DNA of 63,987 nt, counting the filler, from Octopus bimaculoides (lineage: Eukaryota), in the NCBI RefSeq assembly GCF_001194135.2. It is 5 parts of 5 records of this genome, joined end to end, with 100 filler letters (N's around TTAATTAATTAA, not from the genome) between each part and the next. Parts side by side here need not be neighbours in the genome. Positions count along the whole stretch, not along the records: positions 36,341 to 55,650 come from NC_068985.1; positions 55,751 to 62,845 come from NC_069000.1; 3 more parts are not named here. The stretch is one strand, 5' to 3'. The notes beneath the pieces were generated by a model. It made no database searches. It was given only the letters and a program-made list of their open reading frames with translations, and had not been told where the DNA came from. Numbering within the stretch: the stretch's first letter is position 1; each line of letters starts with the position of its first letter. Positions 49,621 to 62,767 of this stretch are shown here, piece after piece. Both the position numbers and the translations under genes were made by a program.

Positions 49621-51142
49621 CAGGGGTTGGACAAAATAATGGAAACACGTAGCATCATAGCATCATAATATTGAAATGTCTATAAAATCGACAAAAGCTT
49701 GTTTATTTATTTTTTTTTATATTATTAGTGCTGCTTAACATGTTTTGCTAAAATTGCAGTTTCTTTTCAGATATCATCAGAGAAAGGTAATTAAAAATCA
49801 TTAAAATGACAGATATATCGGACTTTCAAAGAGGTGAAATCGTTTGTGCTCGTATGGCACGCACAAGCGTAATGAAAACAACCGAAATGTTTGGTGTATC
49901 AAGAAGTAGTATCTCGAAAGTAATGACAGCCTTTGGGAAAGAGGAAAAAACCTCCTCATCGGAGCAAAATTCCAGAAGAAAACCCAAACTTTCAGATAGG
50001 GACTGTCGGACTCTTACGCCAATTGTTAGAAAGGATCACAAACGTACAGCTCCCGAAATTACTGCAGAGCTTAATAATTACCTCGAGAACTCAGTTTCCA
50101 CAAAAGCTGTTCGCCGGGAGCTGCACGAAGTCGGATTTTATGGGAAGACTGCAATCAGAAAACCACTACTTTCAAAAACAAACGTTGCAAAGCGTTTAGA
50201 GTGGAGTAATAACTTACAGAATTGGTCCCTAGAGCAGTAGAAGAATATTATTTTCTCAGACGAGTCAACCTTTACCCTATTTCCAGCCACCCGCCACGTA
50301 TACCTGTCGAGACAGCTAAGAGAAGCATTTGACCCAGGCTGCCTTCTTCCAACTGTTAAAGATGGAAGAGGATCTGTGATGATCTGAGGAGTTATATCTT
50401 GGAAATCCGCCGACCCAATGGTTTCCCTTCATGGCAGAGATAATAGTCAAGACTATTTAAGCATTTTATCTGATCAAATTCATCCTATGATTGTGGAACT
50501 GTTTCCGGAGGGGAACGCAATCTTTCAGGATGATAACGCACCAATTCTTATTTCTTTATTGCCCACAAGGGGCTAAACATTGAGGGGACAAACAAGGACA
50601 GACAAAGGGATTAAGTCGATTAGATCGTCTCCAGTGCGTAACTAGTACTTAATTTATCGACTCCGAAATGATGAAATGCTACGTCGACCTCGGAGGAATT
50701 TGAACTCAGAACGTAACGGCAGACGAAATACCGCTAAACATTTCGCCTGGCGTGCTAACATTTCTGTCAGCACGCCGCCTTTGCACCAATAATGCACCAA
50801 TTCACACAGCTAAAGTTGTTACTGAATGGCACGAGGAACATCCTAGTGAAGTTGAACATCTTATCTGGCCACCACAGTCCCCAGATTTCAATATTATTGA
50901 ACATTTATGGTGCATTTTAGCAAAACAAGTAAGGTGTCGATATCCTCCACCATCATTACTACAAGAACTAGAGACTGTTTTAGCCGAAGAAGGAATAAAA
51001 GATCCTTTGGAAAATATTTAAACTTTGTACGTGTCAATAACTCGTAGAATTCAAGCTGTAAATACTGCCAAAGGCGGTCCTACCCCATAGTAAAATAAAT
51101 TTGTTGGAAATTTAAGGTTTTTCCATTATTTTGTCCAACACC

Positions 51143-51144
<2 letters not shown>
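49621..51144 (+). mobile_element. Complete-length Tc1 element, DD36E spacing, inactivated by stops and a SINE insertion
   Basis: 28-bp TIRs caggggttggacaaaataatggaaacac / caggtgttggacaaaataatggaaaaac with TA on both sides; transposase from ATG 49806 with FSDES, FQDDNAP and SPDFNIIE. Confidence 0.95.
50547..50781 (-). mobile_element. SINE family A inserted in the Tc1 transposase
   Basis: Full-length reverse copy; flanked by ataacgcaccaatt (50533-50546) and ataatgcaccaatt (50789-50802). Confidence 0.92.
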
Positions 51145-51213
<69 letters not shown>

Positions 51214-52439
51214 GATAGATAGATACTGTTGTGTCCGGGGAGAGTCCTTTTCTTTTTGTGCTTTATAATTTAACACACTCACCGGTAAAATTTCCACTTA
51301 TTTCTTATTTTTATTTTCCTAAAATCTTCGTTGTGTCTTGCAACATTTTCAATTGGACATGCCTGTCAAGCTCTTGTAAGCATATAATAAATCTAGTGAA
51401 ATACATTATAAAAGACCGTAATCATCAGATGAGAAATAATTTCAGAAAATAAAAGAATATCCTGGAATACAGCAAGGATATGTCTGCCGAAAGGGAGATT
51501 GAGCAACTATTTTGGCAGTTTAGGTTAAGAATGTAGTTTTTAAAGTGTGTAATTTGATATTTAAGTTCAGTGATTCGGGTGAGCAGGAGTCTGCTAGACT
51601 AGATCATGGGTTGTAGGATAAAGTTTATTATGGTAAGTTATGAGTTGTGGTAAGGAAGGAGGGGTCATAAAATAGTTAAGGATCGGGAAAAAGAGAAGAT
51701 AAATCAATCAAACGTAAGGGTGAAAGAAAAAGAAAAATATAATAAAAATAATAATAAAGGCATACGAGCCGATCAAGTAAACGGATGGGGTATGGGGGTC
51801 TCTTGTTAATGATAAATGACCAGGGTAGGAGGATAGAGAAACAGAAACTTAGGGGCACTCGGTGGATATTGGTTGAAAGTGGAGAGTGGAATAGTACGGA
51901 GGTCTTCAAATAATACGATCAAACTTATTGAATTTAAGTTATAGCAAAGTAGAGTGCTACCTATCAATAAGGAGTTTAACGATTAAAATTTTAAAATTAA
52001 AAACTTCAAACAGGATTGTTTTATATAATGAAATACACCTAGTAGGGGATTATAGGAAATAGCAGATCGAAATCAGGAAGGCCAGCAATAGAGAATAATC
52101 TAATGATTAACTATGGTATGTTAAACTGGTGGCTATATCAAGATTGGATATGGTATAATCAATTTTGTGTGAATCAGGGGAAGCAACTAAAGATAATAGT
52201 CGTGGGAACGAGGCTTGTATATCTTGTTCTATCTACTATATAGCAAGCGCTGCTCAAAAATGTATTACTTAGGTAGTAGAAATAGAAACGAACTGTCTAT
52301 AAATGTGATATAAACGTGAGTTAGCTGAAAAAGTTTGGAGTTTTGTTTCTTTTGGTTTGGGGAAGTGGATGATTTGCAAGACAACCCAAATTCAGCCACA
52401 GATATTTTCTTAACTATCTTATATATATATATACACACA

Positions 52440-52486
<47 letters not shown>

Positions 52487-52644
52487 TATATATATATATA
52501 TATATATANNNNNNNNNNNNNNNNNNNNNNNNNNNNNNNNNNNNNNNNNNNNNNNNNNNNNNNNNNNNNNNNNNNNNNNNNNNNNNNNNNNNNNNNNNNN
52601 NNNNNNTATATATATTACGTCATATATAAGCAAATATCCCTTCA

Positions 52645-53135
52645 ATTTCCGGTTAAACAGATTTACTGATAAATTTAGAATTTATAAATTCATCTAGAAA
52701 CGCTAGAAAGATTAGAAATTACGTCATATGTAAACAAACATAAGTTTATTTCTGAAACGCTGAAATGTATTGTAGTTTGAGTCTCATGGCTGGTTGCAGA
52801 TAGATTTTTCTGTTCTGTAAAGATTTTATCAGTACTTATGCGTTGAAAAAATAGATCTTTCTACAATACATTTCAGCGCTTCAAAAACAAACATATGTTT
52901 GTTTACATATGACGTATTTTCTATTCCATCTAGCTTTTTGAGATGAGTTTATAAATTCTAAATTACAAAAGAATTTGTCACTAAAGCGGTTTAGCTTAAA
53001 TGGTAAAGCACTTTGATCAGAAATTGAAGTGCTGGGAGTTCGAGTCTCATGGATGGTTGCTGACAATTTTTTTTATTCTGTAAGGATTATGTCCTATATA
53101 TGCTGTTCTATTAGTTCTTACGCGTTGAAAAAATA
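52645..53135. repeat. Inverted-plus-direct duplication around a tRNA-like SINE head
   Basis: Arms 52645-52775 and 52861-53001 are inverted; segment 52774-52860 is repeated directly at 53037-53135; A box tagcttaaatgg and B box agttcgagtctc. Confidence 0.75.
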
Positions 53136-53949
53136 AGTATTTCTTCCTATATATATATATATATATATATAAGAAATCATCCATGATGAATACCCGAAAG
53201 CTCTACCTTCCAATTCTTAATGTGTGTGCGCCTGTATATATGTGTGTGTGTACGTGTATGTACATAATTGTGTGAGTTTCGTTCGGTCTGTTTATGTTTG
53301 TACCCCGACTATTCTTTGTGTTTATATCTGAACCCCCTTCTATTCCTTCATATGTGATGGTTTAAGAACCCGAAAATATAGAACTTCGGCATTAAGCCAC
53401 CGATAGAGCAATTACCTGGCTTCAAAAATACAAACTTACTGGGGTGAATTTATTCTATTAAATAGTTGAAAGTGATGCTCCAGCCTGACCGCAGTCCAAT
53501 GACTGTAACAAGTAAAAGCTAAATATTCTCCACTTGACTTTAGTGAGGATGTAGACCGTTCATTTGTTTATGAGAATATAATTTGTATACGCAGTGGTGT
53601 GAACGAAATTCTCGTGCACGAACAACAATGTGGGTTTCCATAGCGTGTTCTTGCATGTCTTGCTTTGTGAGACTTCTTTTATAACTAAACACTCGATTGA
53701 TGTAAGCTGTAACACTAAAGAGAATTTTACACTCCGATGATCTTAGCTATATACCTATTTCTACCAACTCAATGTAACTATCTGCTCACCTATTTATGTA
53801 TTTGTCGATTAATCTCACTACCATCACTTTCCCTCTTATCCCCTTCTTTCTTATTCTCTCTTTCTCTCATACACATACACTAATTGACACACACGCATAT
53901 TATATTCCCTTACTCTCTCTCTCTCTCTCACACACACAAACACATACAT

Positions 53950-53998
<49 letters not shown>

Positions 53999-54393
53999 NN
54001 NNNNNNNNNNNNNNNNNNNNNNNNNNNNNNNNNNNNNNNNNNNNNNNNNNNNNNNNNNNNNNNNNNNNNNNNNNNNNNNNNNNNNNNNNNNNNNNNNNNN
54101 NNNNNNNNNNNNNNNNNNNNNNNNNNNNNNNNNNNNNNNNNNNNNNNNNNNNNNNNNNNNNNNNNNNNNNNNNNNNNNNNNNNNNNNNNNNNNNNNNNNN
54201 NNNNNNNNNNNNNNNNNNNNNNNNNNNNNNNNNNNNNNNNNNNNNNNNNNNNNNNNNNNNNNNNNNNNNNNNNNNNNNNNNNNNNNNNNNNNNNNNNNNN
54301 NNNNNNNNNNNNNNNNNNNNNNNNNNNNNNNNNNNNNNNNNNNNNNNNNNNNNNNNNNNNNNNNNNNNNNNNNNNNNNNNNNNNNNNNNNNNN

Positions 54394-54420
<27 letters not shown>

Positions 54421-54426
<6 letters not shown>

Positions 54427-54526
54427 AGGAGTGGCTGTGTTGTAAGTAGCTTGCTTACCAACCACATGGTTCCAGGTTCGGTCTCACTGCGTGGCATCTT
54501 GGCCAAGCGTCTTCTAAGCCCGTCGT
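54421..54526 (+). mobile_element. SINE family B 5' half
   Basis: gcgcaggagtggctgtgttgtaagtagcttgcttaccaaccacatggttccaggttcggtctcactgcgtggcatcttgg. Confidence 0.85.
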
Positions 54527-55798
54527 GTGTATATATATATATGTGTGTGTGTGCGTGTGTGTGTGTATGTATGTATGTATGCATTTGCCTATGTGTATTT
54601 ATGTAAGTGGATGTATTTATACATATCCACACATACAATTATACATATTAAATATGCATATATGTATGCTATATGTGTCCTTCAGTTCCTTCATCTATCT
54701 ATTCTAAGTCGATAATTCATTCACTCTGCACCTACTTCAAGCATGCCACGTGATTGCATGCGTTCAGACGACTATAACCGGAACAATTTGTTATGTAAAT
54801 GATGCGGTGACGCACATATATCATTTCTCAAATTGTCTGATGTAGACTGAGAAGTCAGTTAGAACAAGTGAAAATTTCACGATTGACGCAAGAATTACAA
54901 TTAAAATCAACGAGGAAATACAGTAAGTAGACAGGAAATGTTACATGGCACTGTTTCAAACAGCAAATCTTTTCTGGTATTCCAAAGTTATTCCACCAAC
55001 AAAATGCAAGAAGAATTTCTAAAACGCCTTTGAAACAACCATATATTTCGTTAAGTAAAAACAACCATTACATTCTAGCTTAGGTGTCGGCTCCTGCAAT
55101 AATTTTGTCAACACCCAAAATGGCGAAGAATAAGGTAGGCCAAATTTGGCGTGATTTCCACATTAAACACGCCAGCAAAAATAACAGAATAACTACAAAA
55201 ATAATTTTGAACTCCTCCTATATACTTACCTATTACTCTACTGGACCTCAACATCTATAACGATAACGGTAACGGCGGTATAGAAAGAAAAACAAGGACT
55301 GCATCAACAATATTCTAGTATGAGCGTTACATAATTCTAGGTGACAATTTTATTCTATAAACGAATCAATATTTCTTAAAAATAAGCCCTACATTATACT
55401 AAAGTAGTCTTCTAACAGAGATAGGGTACATTTAAGAATGAGATGTTTTTGTCCATCGGAACAAGAAATAATAAAACTTTTTCTGATGTAGAATTTCAGA
55501 TATTGTCTGGGAACGTAGGAAATGTATACGATTGTATGTATGTATGTATGTATGTATGTATGTATGTATGTATGTGCATATGCATGTATGTATGTATATA
55601 TGTATGCATGTTTGTATACATACATATAAATACATGTGTGTTTGCGTATANNNNNNNNNNNNNNNNNNNNNNNNNNNNNNNNNNNNNNNNNNNNTTAATT
55701 AATTAANNNNNNNNNNNNNNNNNNNNNNNNNNNNNNNNNNNNNNNNNNNNGTATATGTGTGTGTTTAGATTCTTTTATTTTACAATGTTATACAGCTG

Positions 55799-55845
<47 letters not shown>

Positions 55846-56365
55846 GTGTGTGTGTGTGTGTGTGTGTGTGTATTTGTATATATGTATCTATATGCAATAA
55901 TATTTATACACATACACAAGTACATTTACATTGAAGAATATATCTTGCCCCAGACATACACGTACACATATACACATACTACACAGGCACAAACACAGAC
56001 GCACACATAAACACACACGCATGCACACGCGCCCACGAATACATACACACACAACTATGCTCACAAGAAATAACAACTAAATATCACTTAGATCTTGCGT
56101 TAACGTCTTTAACAAACCTTATATCTTATGGTACTTTTAGATAACATAGTATTTGATACATTGTGCACAGAAAATCGAATACATGGTAATGGAAGAACGC
56201 GTCTCATTATAGGTATTATTAATTAGTGACGACCTAGGGCTAAACAAGCGTATATGCATAAACACGCTTTTTCGCAAATTCTGTATTTCTACACATTTAC
56301 ACTAAGGCTCACATACGGACTACAAATGTTCACACGCACATATATGTTATTCATGTATATATATA

Positions 56366-56528
56366 GACGTAGGAGTGGCTGTGTGGTAAGTAGTTTGCTT
56401 ACGAACTACATTGTTCCGGGTTCAGTCCCTCTGCGTGGCACCTTTGGCAAGTGTCTTCTACTGTAGCCTCGGGCCGACCAATGCCTTGTGAGTGGATTTG
56501 GTAGACGAAAACTGAAAGAAGCCCATCG

Positions 56529-56530
<2 letters not shown>
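56366..56530 (+). mobile_element. SINE family B 5' half running into an internal microsatellite and gap
   Basis: cgtaggagtggctgtgtggtaagtag...gggttcagtccctctgcgtggcacc...gaaaactgaaagaagcccatcg. Confidence 0.88.
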
Positions 56531-56581
<51 letters not shown>

Positions 56582-57159
56582 NNNNNNNNNNNNNNNNNNN
56601 NNNNNNNNNNNNNNNNNNNNNNNNNNNNNNNNNNNNNNNNNNNNNNNNNNNNNNNNNNNNNNNNNNNNNNNNNNNNNNNNNNNNNNNNNNNNNNNNNNNN
56701 NNNNNNNNNNNNNNNNNNNNNNNNNNNNNNNNNNNNNNNNNNNNNNNNNNNNNNNNNNNNNNNNNNNNNNNNNNNNNNNNNNNNNNNNNNNNNNNNNNNN
56801 NNNNNNNNNNNNNNNNNNNNNNNNNNNNNNNNNNNNNNNNNNNNNNNNNNNNNNNNNNNNNNNNNNNNNNNNNNNNNNNNNNNNNNNNNNNNNNNNNNNN
56901 NNNNNNNNNNNNNNNNNNNNNNNNNNNNNNNNNNNNNNNNNNNNNNNNNNNNNNNNNNNNNNNNNNNNNNNNNNNNNNNNNNNNNNNNNNNNNNNNNNNN
57001 NNNNNNNNNNNNNNNNNNNNNNNNNNNNNNNNNNNNNNNNNNNNNNNNNNNNNNNNNNNNNNNNNNNNNNNNNNNNNNNNNNNNNNNNNNNNNTATATAT
57101 ATATATATATATATAAATTTTAATTTATATATATATAAATTTAAATACACACACACACA

Positions 57160-57214
<55 letters not shown>

Positions 57215-57529
57215 GCATGCATTTGTGCATGTTTATGCATCGCATACATTGAAATACACACACGCGCGCACGTATAACGCATGCAATATGAATTTATGAA
57301 TCATCTCGAGCTTTTGAAGTCTTTTACGGCATGTATGTGTAAGCATATATGTATGTATGTGTATATATGTGTGTGTGTGTGTATTCATGTGTATATATGC
57401 GTGTGTGTGTGTATGAGCATGCGTGTGTGTGTGTATGCATGCTTTTGTGTAGATATAGTTTTAAGTATTACATCGTGTGTCTTGGAAAGTGCATGTGTAT
57501 GTACGATATCCTATCAACATAAACGATAG

Positions 57530-57860
57530 GACGACAGAGACAGAGAAAGAAAGAGAGAGAGAGAGAGTAAGAGAGCCAGAAAGAAGGAGAGAAAGAGAAC
57601 GAGAGAGAAAGAAAAGAAAGAGAGGAAGAGAGAGAAAAAGTGAAATAGAGACAGCAAGAGAGAGGTGGAGAGAAAAATTGAGTGTGGGAGGAGGAGTTAG
57701 TAGAGGTGGAGTATGACGGTGTGATGACTAAAAGCCTTAAAAATGGTAAATTTTTTTAATCATTCCTCTCATGTCTTTCTCCCCTACCCCTCTTGCTGTC
57801 ATCTCAGTTCCCTACTTCACTCCTTCATCCACACTTACTTCATATTTTTCCATCTCCCCC

Positions 57861-57896
<36 letters not shown>

Positions 57897-57919
57897 ATCT
57901 ATCTATCCCACTCCAATTT

Positions 57920-57953
<34 letters not shown>

Positions 57954-58038
57954 TCTCTCTCTCTCTCTCCTTTGATTCTTCTCACACACACTCTCTCTCT
58001 CTATCTCTCTCTCTTTATCTCTCTCTCTCTCTCTCTCT

Positions 58039-58075
<37 letters not shown>

Positions 58076-58385
58076 TTGATTCTTCTCTCTCACCCTCTCT
58101 CTTATTTTCTCTCTCTCTCGCTCACACACACACACACACACCGCCCGCCTTCTTTCAATTTCTCTCAACTTCTCTCTCCTCTTCTCTCTCTCACACACAC
58201 CGCTCTTCCTCTTTTAGTCTCTCCCTTTCTCTATCCTTGTCTATCTCTGTTTGTTTCTCTTTCTCCCCTCTGTCCCTTTCTCTCATTCGCTCACCCACAC
58301 ACACCTTCCTCCCTCTTTCAACCCTTCCTCTTCCAGTCTCTCTTCCTCCCTCTCACTTGTCCTCTCCCCTCTGCTTCTTTCAATC

Positions 58386-58422
<37 letters not shown>

Positions 58423-58540
58423 AATCCTCTCCCTACTCTCTCCTCCTTTCAATTTCTCGCTTTCTCTCCCCTTCATCTCCCCCCCCCCATCTCTCTCATA
58501 TTCACCCCTCTCATCCCTATCACTCGTTCTGTTCCCTCAT
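57530..58540. repeat. Low-complexity GA-rich block followed by a long CT/CA-rich block
   Basis: Directly visible; source of the spurious 279-aa Leu/Ser ORF. Confidence 0.9.
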
Positions 58541-59284
58541 AGATTTTATCGATTTCTAAGATTAAAATTCGGGCGTAATTGAGGGCGAAGCGGAGGCATG
58601 AATGCGAGATTGCGATGTGTGTGTGTGTGTGTGTGGGGGGGGTGATGTAGACATTAGCGGTCGTGGTAATTGTGGAAGTGATGATGGTTGAAGTGGTTGG
58701 ACAATCAATGCGGAGGGTGGGACGGATTGAACGCTGGAAGAAGTGGGTGGAAGTCTGGGGTGGGGGGTATGATTTGAAAAAAAAAATGTTTAGAAAATCA
58801 AACAAAATACAAAAGAGTGAAAAAGAAAAGAATTTAAGAAAATTGTCAAAATTATTTTAGGAGAAATCGTTATAAAAAGATGAAAGACATGTGTGTGTGT
58901 GTGTGTGTTTATACACATACACACACATTCTCGTATACACACACAAACACACACACAGATATATGTGTATATATAAATGTATATATGCATAAATAAATAC
59001 ATAAATACATACACATGCGCGCGCGCACACACACACACACAGGGTCTTTGCATCCATTTGGCAAAATTCTTGATGTGAAATCCTGTATTGAAACAGATGT
59101 GTCTTGGAGGGCCATTTTTCACAATAAAAACCCACCTATTGGTTACATTTCGCTTGTTTTCTTTTTATCAATAACTAATTAACCAATTAATTAATTAATT
59201 TCACCATTTGTGACCTAATCAATGAAACCACAAACTTGTGTGTGCGTGTGTTTTTACACGTGTATATGTATGCAAGCCAGTGTA

Positions 59285-60605
59285 TGTATGTATGTCATTA
59301 TTCAGTTTATTACCAATAGGTAAAGAACCGGTTTCTAACCTAGATCCAAGGCTACTTCATTGGAATTTTAACGTCAACAACAGGGTATGTATGTATGTAT
59401 GTATGTATGAGCAGATTTGTATGTTGTGCTTTATGTATTCTCATGCATATAGTTACATATCCAGACATGCTCATATATATTTAAATGATAAACTTCTGGA
59501 AAGTTTTACAGATTTTTACAGTTCCAGTGATGGATTGAATCTGTAGTCTTCGAATTAGCTTTCTTCTTTCTGATTTTGAGAAGCCAAATTTCTCAAGATT
59601 GGTGTCTAGGCAGTGTGTTACATATCCCAGGGCCCCAATAATTACAGGTATAAGCCTGAACTTGTAATTTGGATAGAGTAACTGCAGATTTCTCAATAGT
59701 TCAGCATAGTTGTTCTCTTTTTCACTAATCTTCAGCTTTATGTTAACATCTGCTTGGCAACTAATTTCCACAACTGTGCATAGTCTTCTGCTCATATATA
59801 CTCACGCTCATCCTTTCATCTGATGATACGTTGCGGTAAAGTCGTGCGACTTCTTTGGCCATGTATTCTAGGTTATCAGACAAAGGATGATGCTCAAGGA
59901 GCTGCCTTCCAAGTCTTATGATGTTAACAGCCTCATGTATACAAATTTGGTCAAGGGATGCACTTCAACACTTGGTGGTTAAAAGATGTTGCCGAAGGGA
60001 TATGATGCGACATTCAATGGCATTTTGGATCGATGTTAAGCCTCTTCCGCCTCGTTTTCGTTTTAGGCAGAGGGTGGTCTACATCACTGTTTATGTAGCA
60101 ATTATGTGTGCTTGTTAGCATTTTTCAGGTTTCCACATCAATGGCTCGGATCTCATCAAGCGTCCAATCATGCAGCCCAAATGTTGGCATGAGTACTGGC
60201 ACTGCAAACACATTGTGGATCACCGTGTTATTGAATGCAGAGAGTTCTGAGATCCAAATTTTCTTTATTCGGCTGTAATATTCTTTAGTGACATGTGTTT
60301 TGTTACAGGTACCACTGTAAGATATATTTTCATCCACCCCTGGATACCTGTAACATTCCTTGTCAGATACAAGAGAAACAATCAAATCATTGATGGAGAT
60401 GTTACTAGTCTGGTTTATAGTTTTCCCCCTTTTCACAACTCCAATCCTACATCCTTTGAGAATGTTTTAACTAGGTCAAGGCTGTTTTTCATCTCATGCA
60501 TATTCTCTGCATAAAGTTTTAAGTCATCCACAAAACAACAGTGTGTAATTTTGGTAATTCTGTTTCCTTGTGAATCAGTGAGATATCCTTCAGATTTCCT
60601 TAACA
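59285..60605 (-). mobile_element. R4/Dong-clade non-LTR retrotransposon, 5'-truncated and internally deleted (RT motif, RLE endonuclease end, 3' UTR)
   Basis: ITHCCFVDDLKLYAE...FS.DVGL; KEYYSRIKKIWISELS; KRGGRGL; VVEISC...K...K...Y..L...L..LYP.YK...IPVIIGALG...GTVKICKTF (restriction-like endonuclease C-terminus). Confidence 0.85.
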
Positions 60606-61003
60606 TGAATGACATACACGTATGTATGTATGTATGTATGTAGGGAATGGCATTGGACAGTTTGGGGATTTGGGGTTTGTGCTTGAGATCATGGCGCTCC
60701 CACATCCCTGAGCCTGCGACTCATATTGGCGCCAGACATCTGGCTCCGGCTTGTCTCTGGATAATGTCAATAAAGTGTCGTACAAGCCTTATTGGACCTA
60801 AAACTCTGCACAGGCATTGCTGACCCTCATGTATGTATGTATGTATGTATGTATGTATGTGTGTATGTATGTATGTGTGTATGTGTGTATGTATGTATTA
60901 TGTATGTATGTATGTAAATCTATACACTTGTATACATGTGCGTACATAAATGCATGCATATATGCATGTGTCTGTCTGTATGTATGTATATACGTGGAGG
61001 GGG

Positions 61004-61044
<41 letters not shown>

Positions 61045-61239
61045 GCACACACACAGAGTCGCTATGGGTAATCAGTACCACAACAAAAATATTTGAATAT
61101 GTAAATACCTTTAAAAAGGTTTTTTATTTTCCGTAATATCTTACAGAGGAAGATGCTTATAAATATCGATATACATAAAAAAAAGTTTTAAAATATGTTA
61201 GGCACAGGAAAAAACAGAAGTACTATAGACATTTTGCTA

Positions 61240-61740
61240 TGCGCTATAACGATTCTATCAAATTAAGTTTTGCTAGCTTTCTTCTTCAAAAATCCTGAAA
61301 ATAACTCCGGGTTCTTTAACTGACGATTCTTTTTGTTTCCAGCTCAGCTTCTGTTCTCTCTTGGCAGTCATACTCGTTTCTGTTTCGCATTCATAATACC
61401 TTCATCACAGAGGACATACCTTTTACTCTAGCACAATTCTCTGATGCTTTCCTCTTCTGATTTAGACATTTCCGTGTGCAAACGAAGTTCAATGATTTCT
61501 GCTACAACACCTGAAACTCTAAGTTACAATCCTTTTTTCCTTCATCAAGTAATCTTTATTAGGCACTCATTTCTAAAACAATTCCGTTTCGTCAACATTT
61601 ATAATTTGTTCATCATCATAACTCCCACATTCAATGACTTCTTCAGTTCCACAAGACATCTGACTTTTGCATTGTTATAACTTATATTTTCCCCCAAAAC
61701 CCTAATGATATGGATTTCGGATAGTATTTAGACCTGTCAA
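61240..61740 (-). mobile_element. Decayed pogo/Tigger transposase fragment
   Basis: Minus strand DDEQIINVDETELF*K*VPNKDYLMKEK (cf. EQ.FN.DETGLFWK.MP..TY..KEEK). Confidence 0.7.
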
Positions 61741-61841
61741 ACTACCCAGAAAATGTTTCGTTAATTTCTCATTCAGTTTCGTTTCTCTTACATTGTTCTT
61801 TCTCTTTTATTTTAAATTGTACCGACGTAAATATATAGGTA

Positions 61842-62066
61842 CAGTAATTCCCCGACTATCTCAGGTGTTACGTTCCACCCTCCACCAGCGATAGGTGAAA
61901 ATCCGCGAAGTAGAAACAGTACTGTACTGTATATATTTTTAAAATTATTTTTATAATTTGTATATATCTGTTTTATTATAAATGCAAAACAACACCACGA
62001 AGAAATCGACGTAAGCTTAAATAATAAATTGCGATAGGTGAACCGCGATATGGCGAGGGATTACTA
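61842..62066. mobile_element. Tigger-derived MITE
   Basis: TA|cagtaattccccgactatc ... gatatggcgagggattacta|TA. Confidence 0.75.
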
Positions 62067-62561
62067 TATATATATATATACGTTTNNNNNNNNNNNNNNN
62101 NNNNNNNNNNNNNNNNNNNNNNNNNNNNNNNNNNNNNNNNNNNNNNNNNNNNNNNNNNNNNNNNNNNNNNNNNNNNNNNNNNNNNNNNNNNNNNNNNNNN
62201 NNNNNNNNNNNNNNNNNNNNNNNNNNNNNNNNNNNNNNNNNNNNNNNNNNNNNNNNNNNNNNNNNNNNNNNNNNNNNNNNNNNNNNNNNNNNNNNNNNNN
62301 NTGTGTGTGTACGTGTTTGTGTGTATGTGTGTTTATATTTGTGTGTTTGTGCCTGTCCCCCCCCCCCACGATCGTTTGACATCGATGCTGGTGTGTTAAC
62401 GTCCCCATAACTTTGCGGTTCGGCAAAATACACCGATAGAATAAGTACTAAGCTTACAAAGAATAAGTCCTGGGGTCGATTTGTCCGACTAAAGGCCGTG
62501 CTCCAGCATGGCCGCAGTCAAATGACTGAGACAAGCATAAGAGTACATGAATATGTATATA

Positions 62562-62767
62562 CAGTAATCCCTCACCATATCGCGGTTCACCTGTCGCGCA
62601 CTAAGTCCATCGCGGATTTTTCTGGCTAATGTATGTAAATTTATATCGCGGACTCCTCAGTATATCGCGGGTTCCTGTGGCCGATAGGTATTTATATTTC
62701 TTTTAGATTTTAATTATTTTGTGGGAGGTTTTGGAATGTAGCACCTGCGATAGTCGAGGGATTACTG
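62562..62767. mobile_element. Tigger-derived MITE, opposite orientation to 61842-62066
   Basis: Perfect 12-bp TIR cagtaatccctc/gagggattactg with TA on both sides. Confidence 0.85.

Noticed and set aside
51450-52260. Possible Penelope-like or other LINE remnant on the minus strand
   Set aside because: Compositionally suggestive only; no diagnostic RT or GIY-YIG motif could be read.
55117-55140. aaaATGGCGAAGAATAAG|gtaggc as a second gene start
   Set aside because: A five-codon exon with a mediocre donor and no other support; expected by chance in 64 kb.
57743-58582. 279-aa Leu/Ser-rich ORF as a membrane protein
   Set aside because: Product of CT-rich low-complexity DNA, which lacks stop codons.
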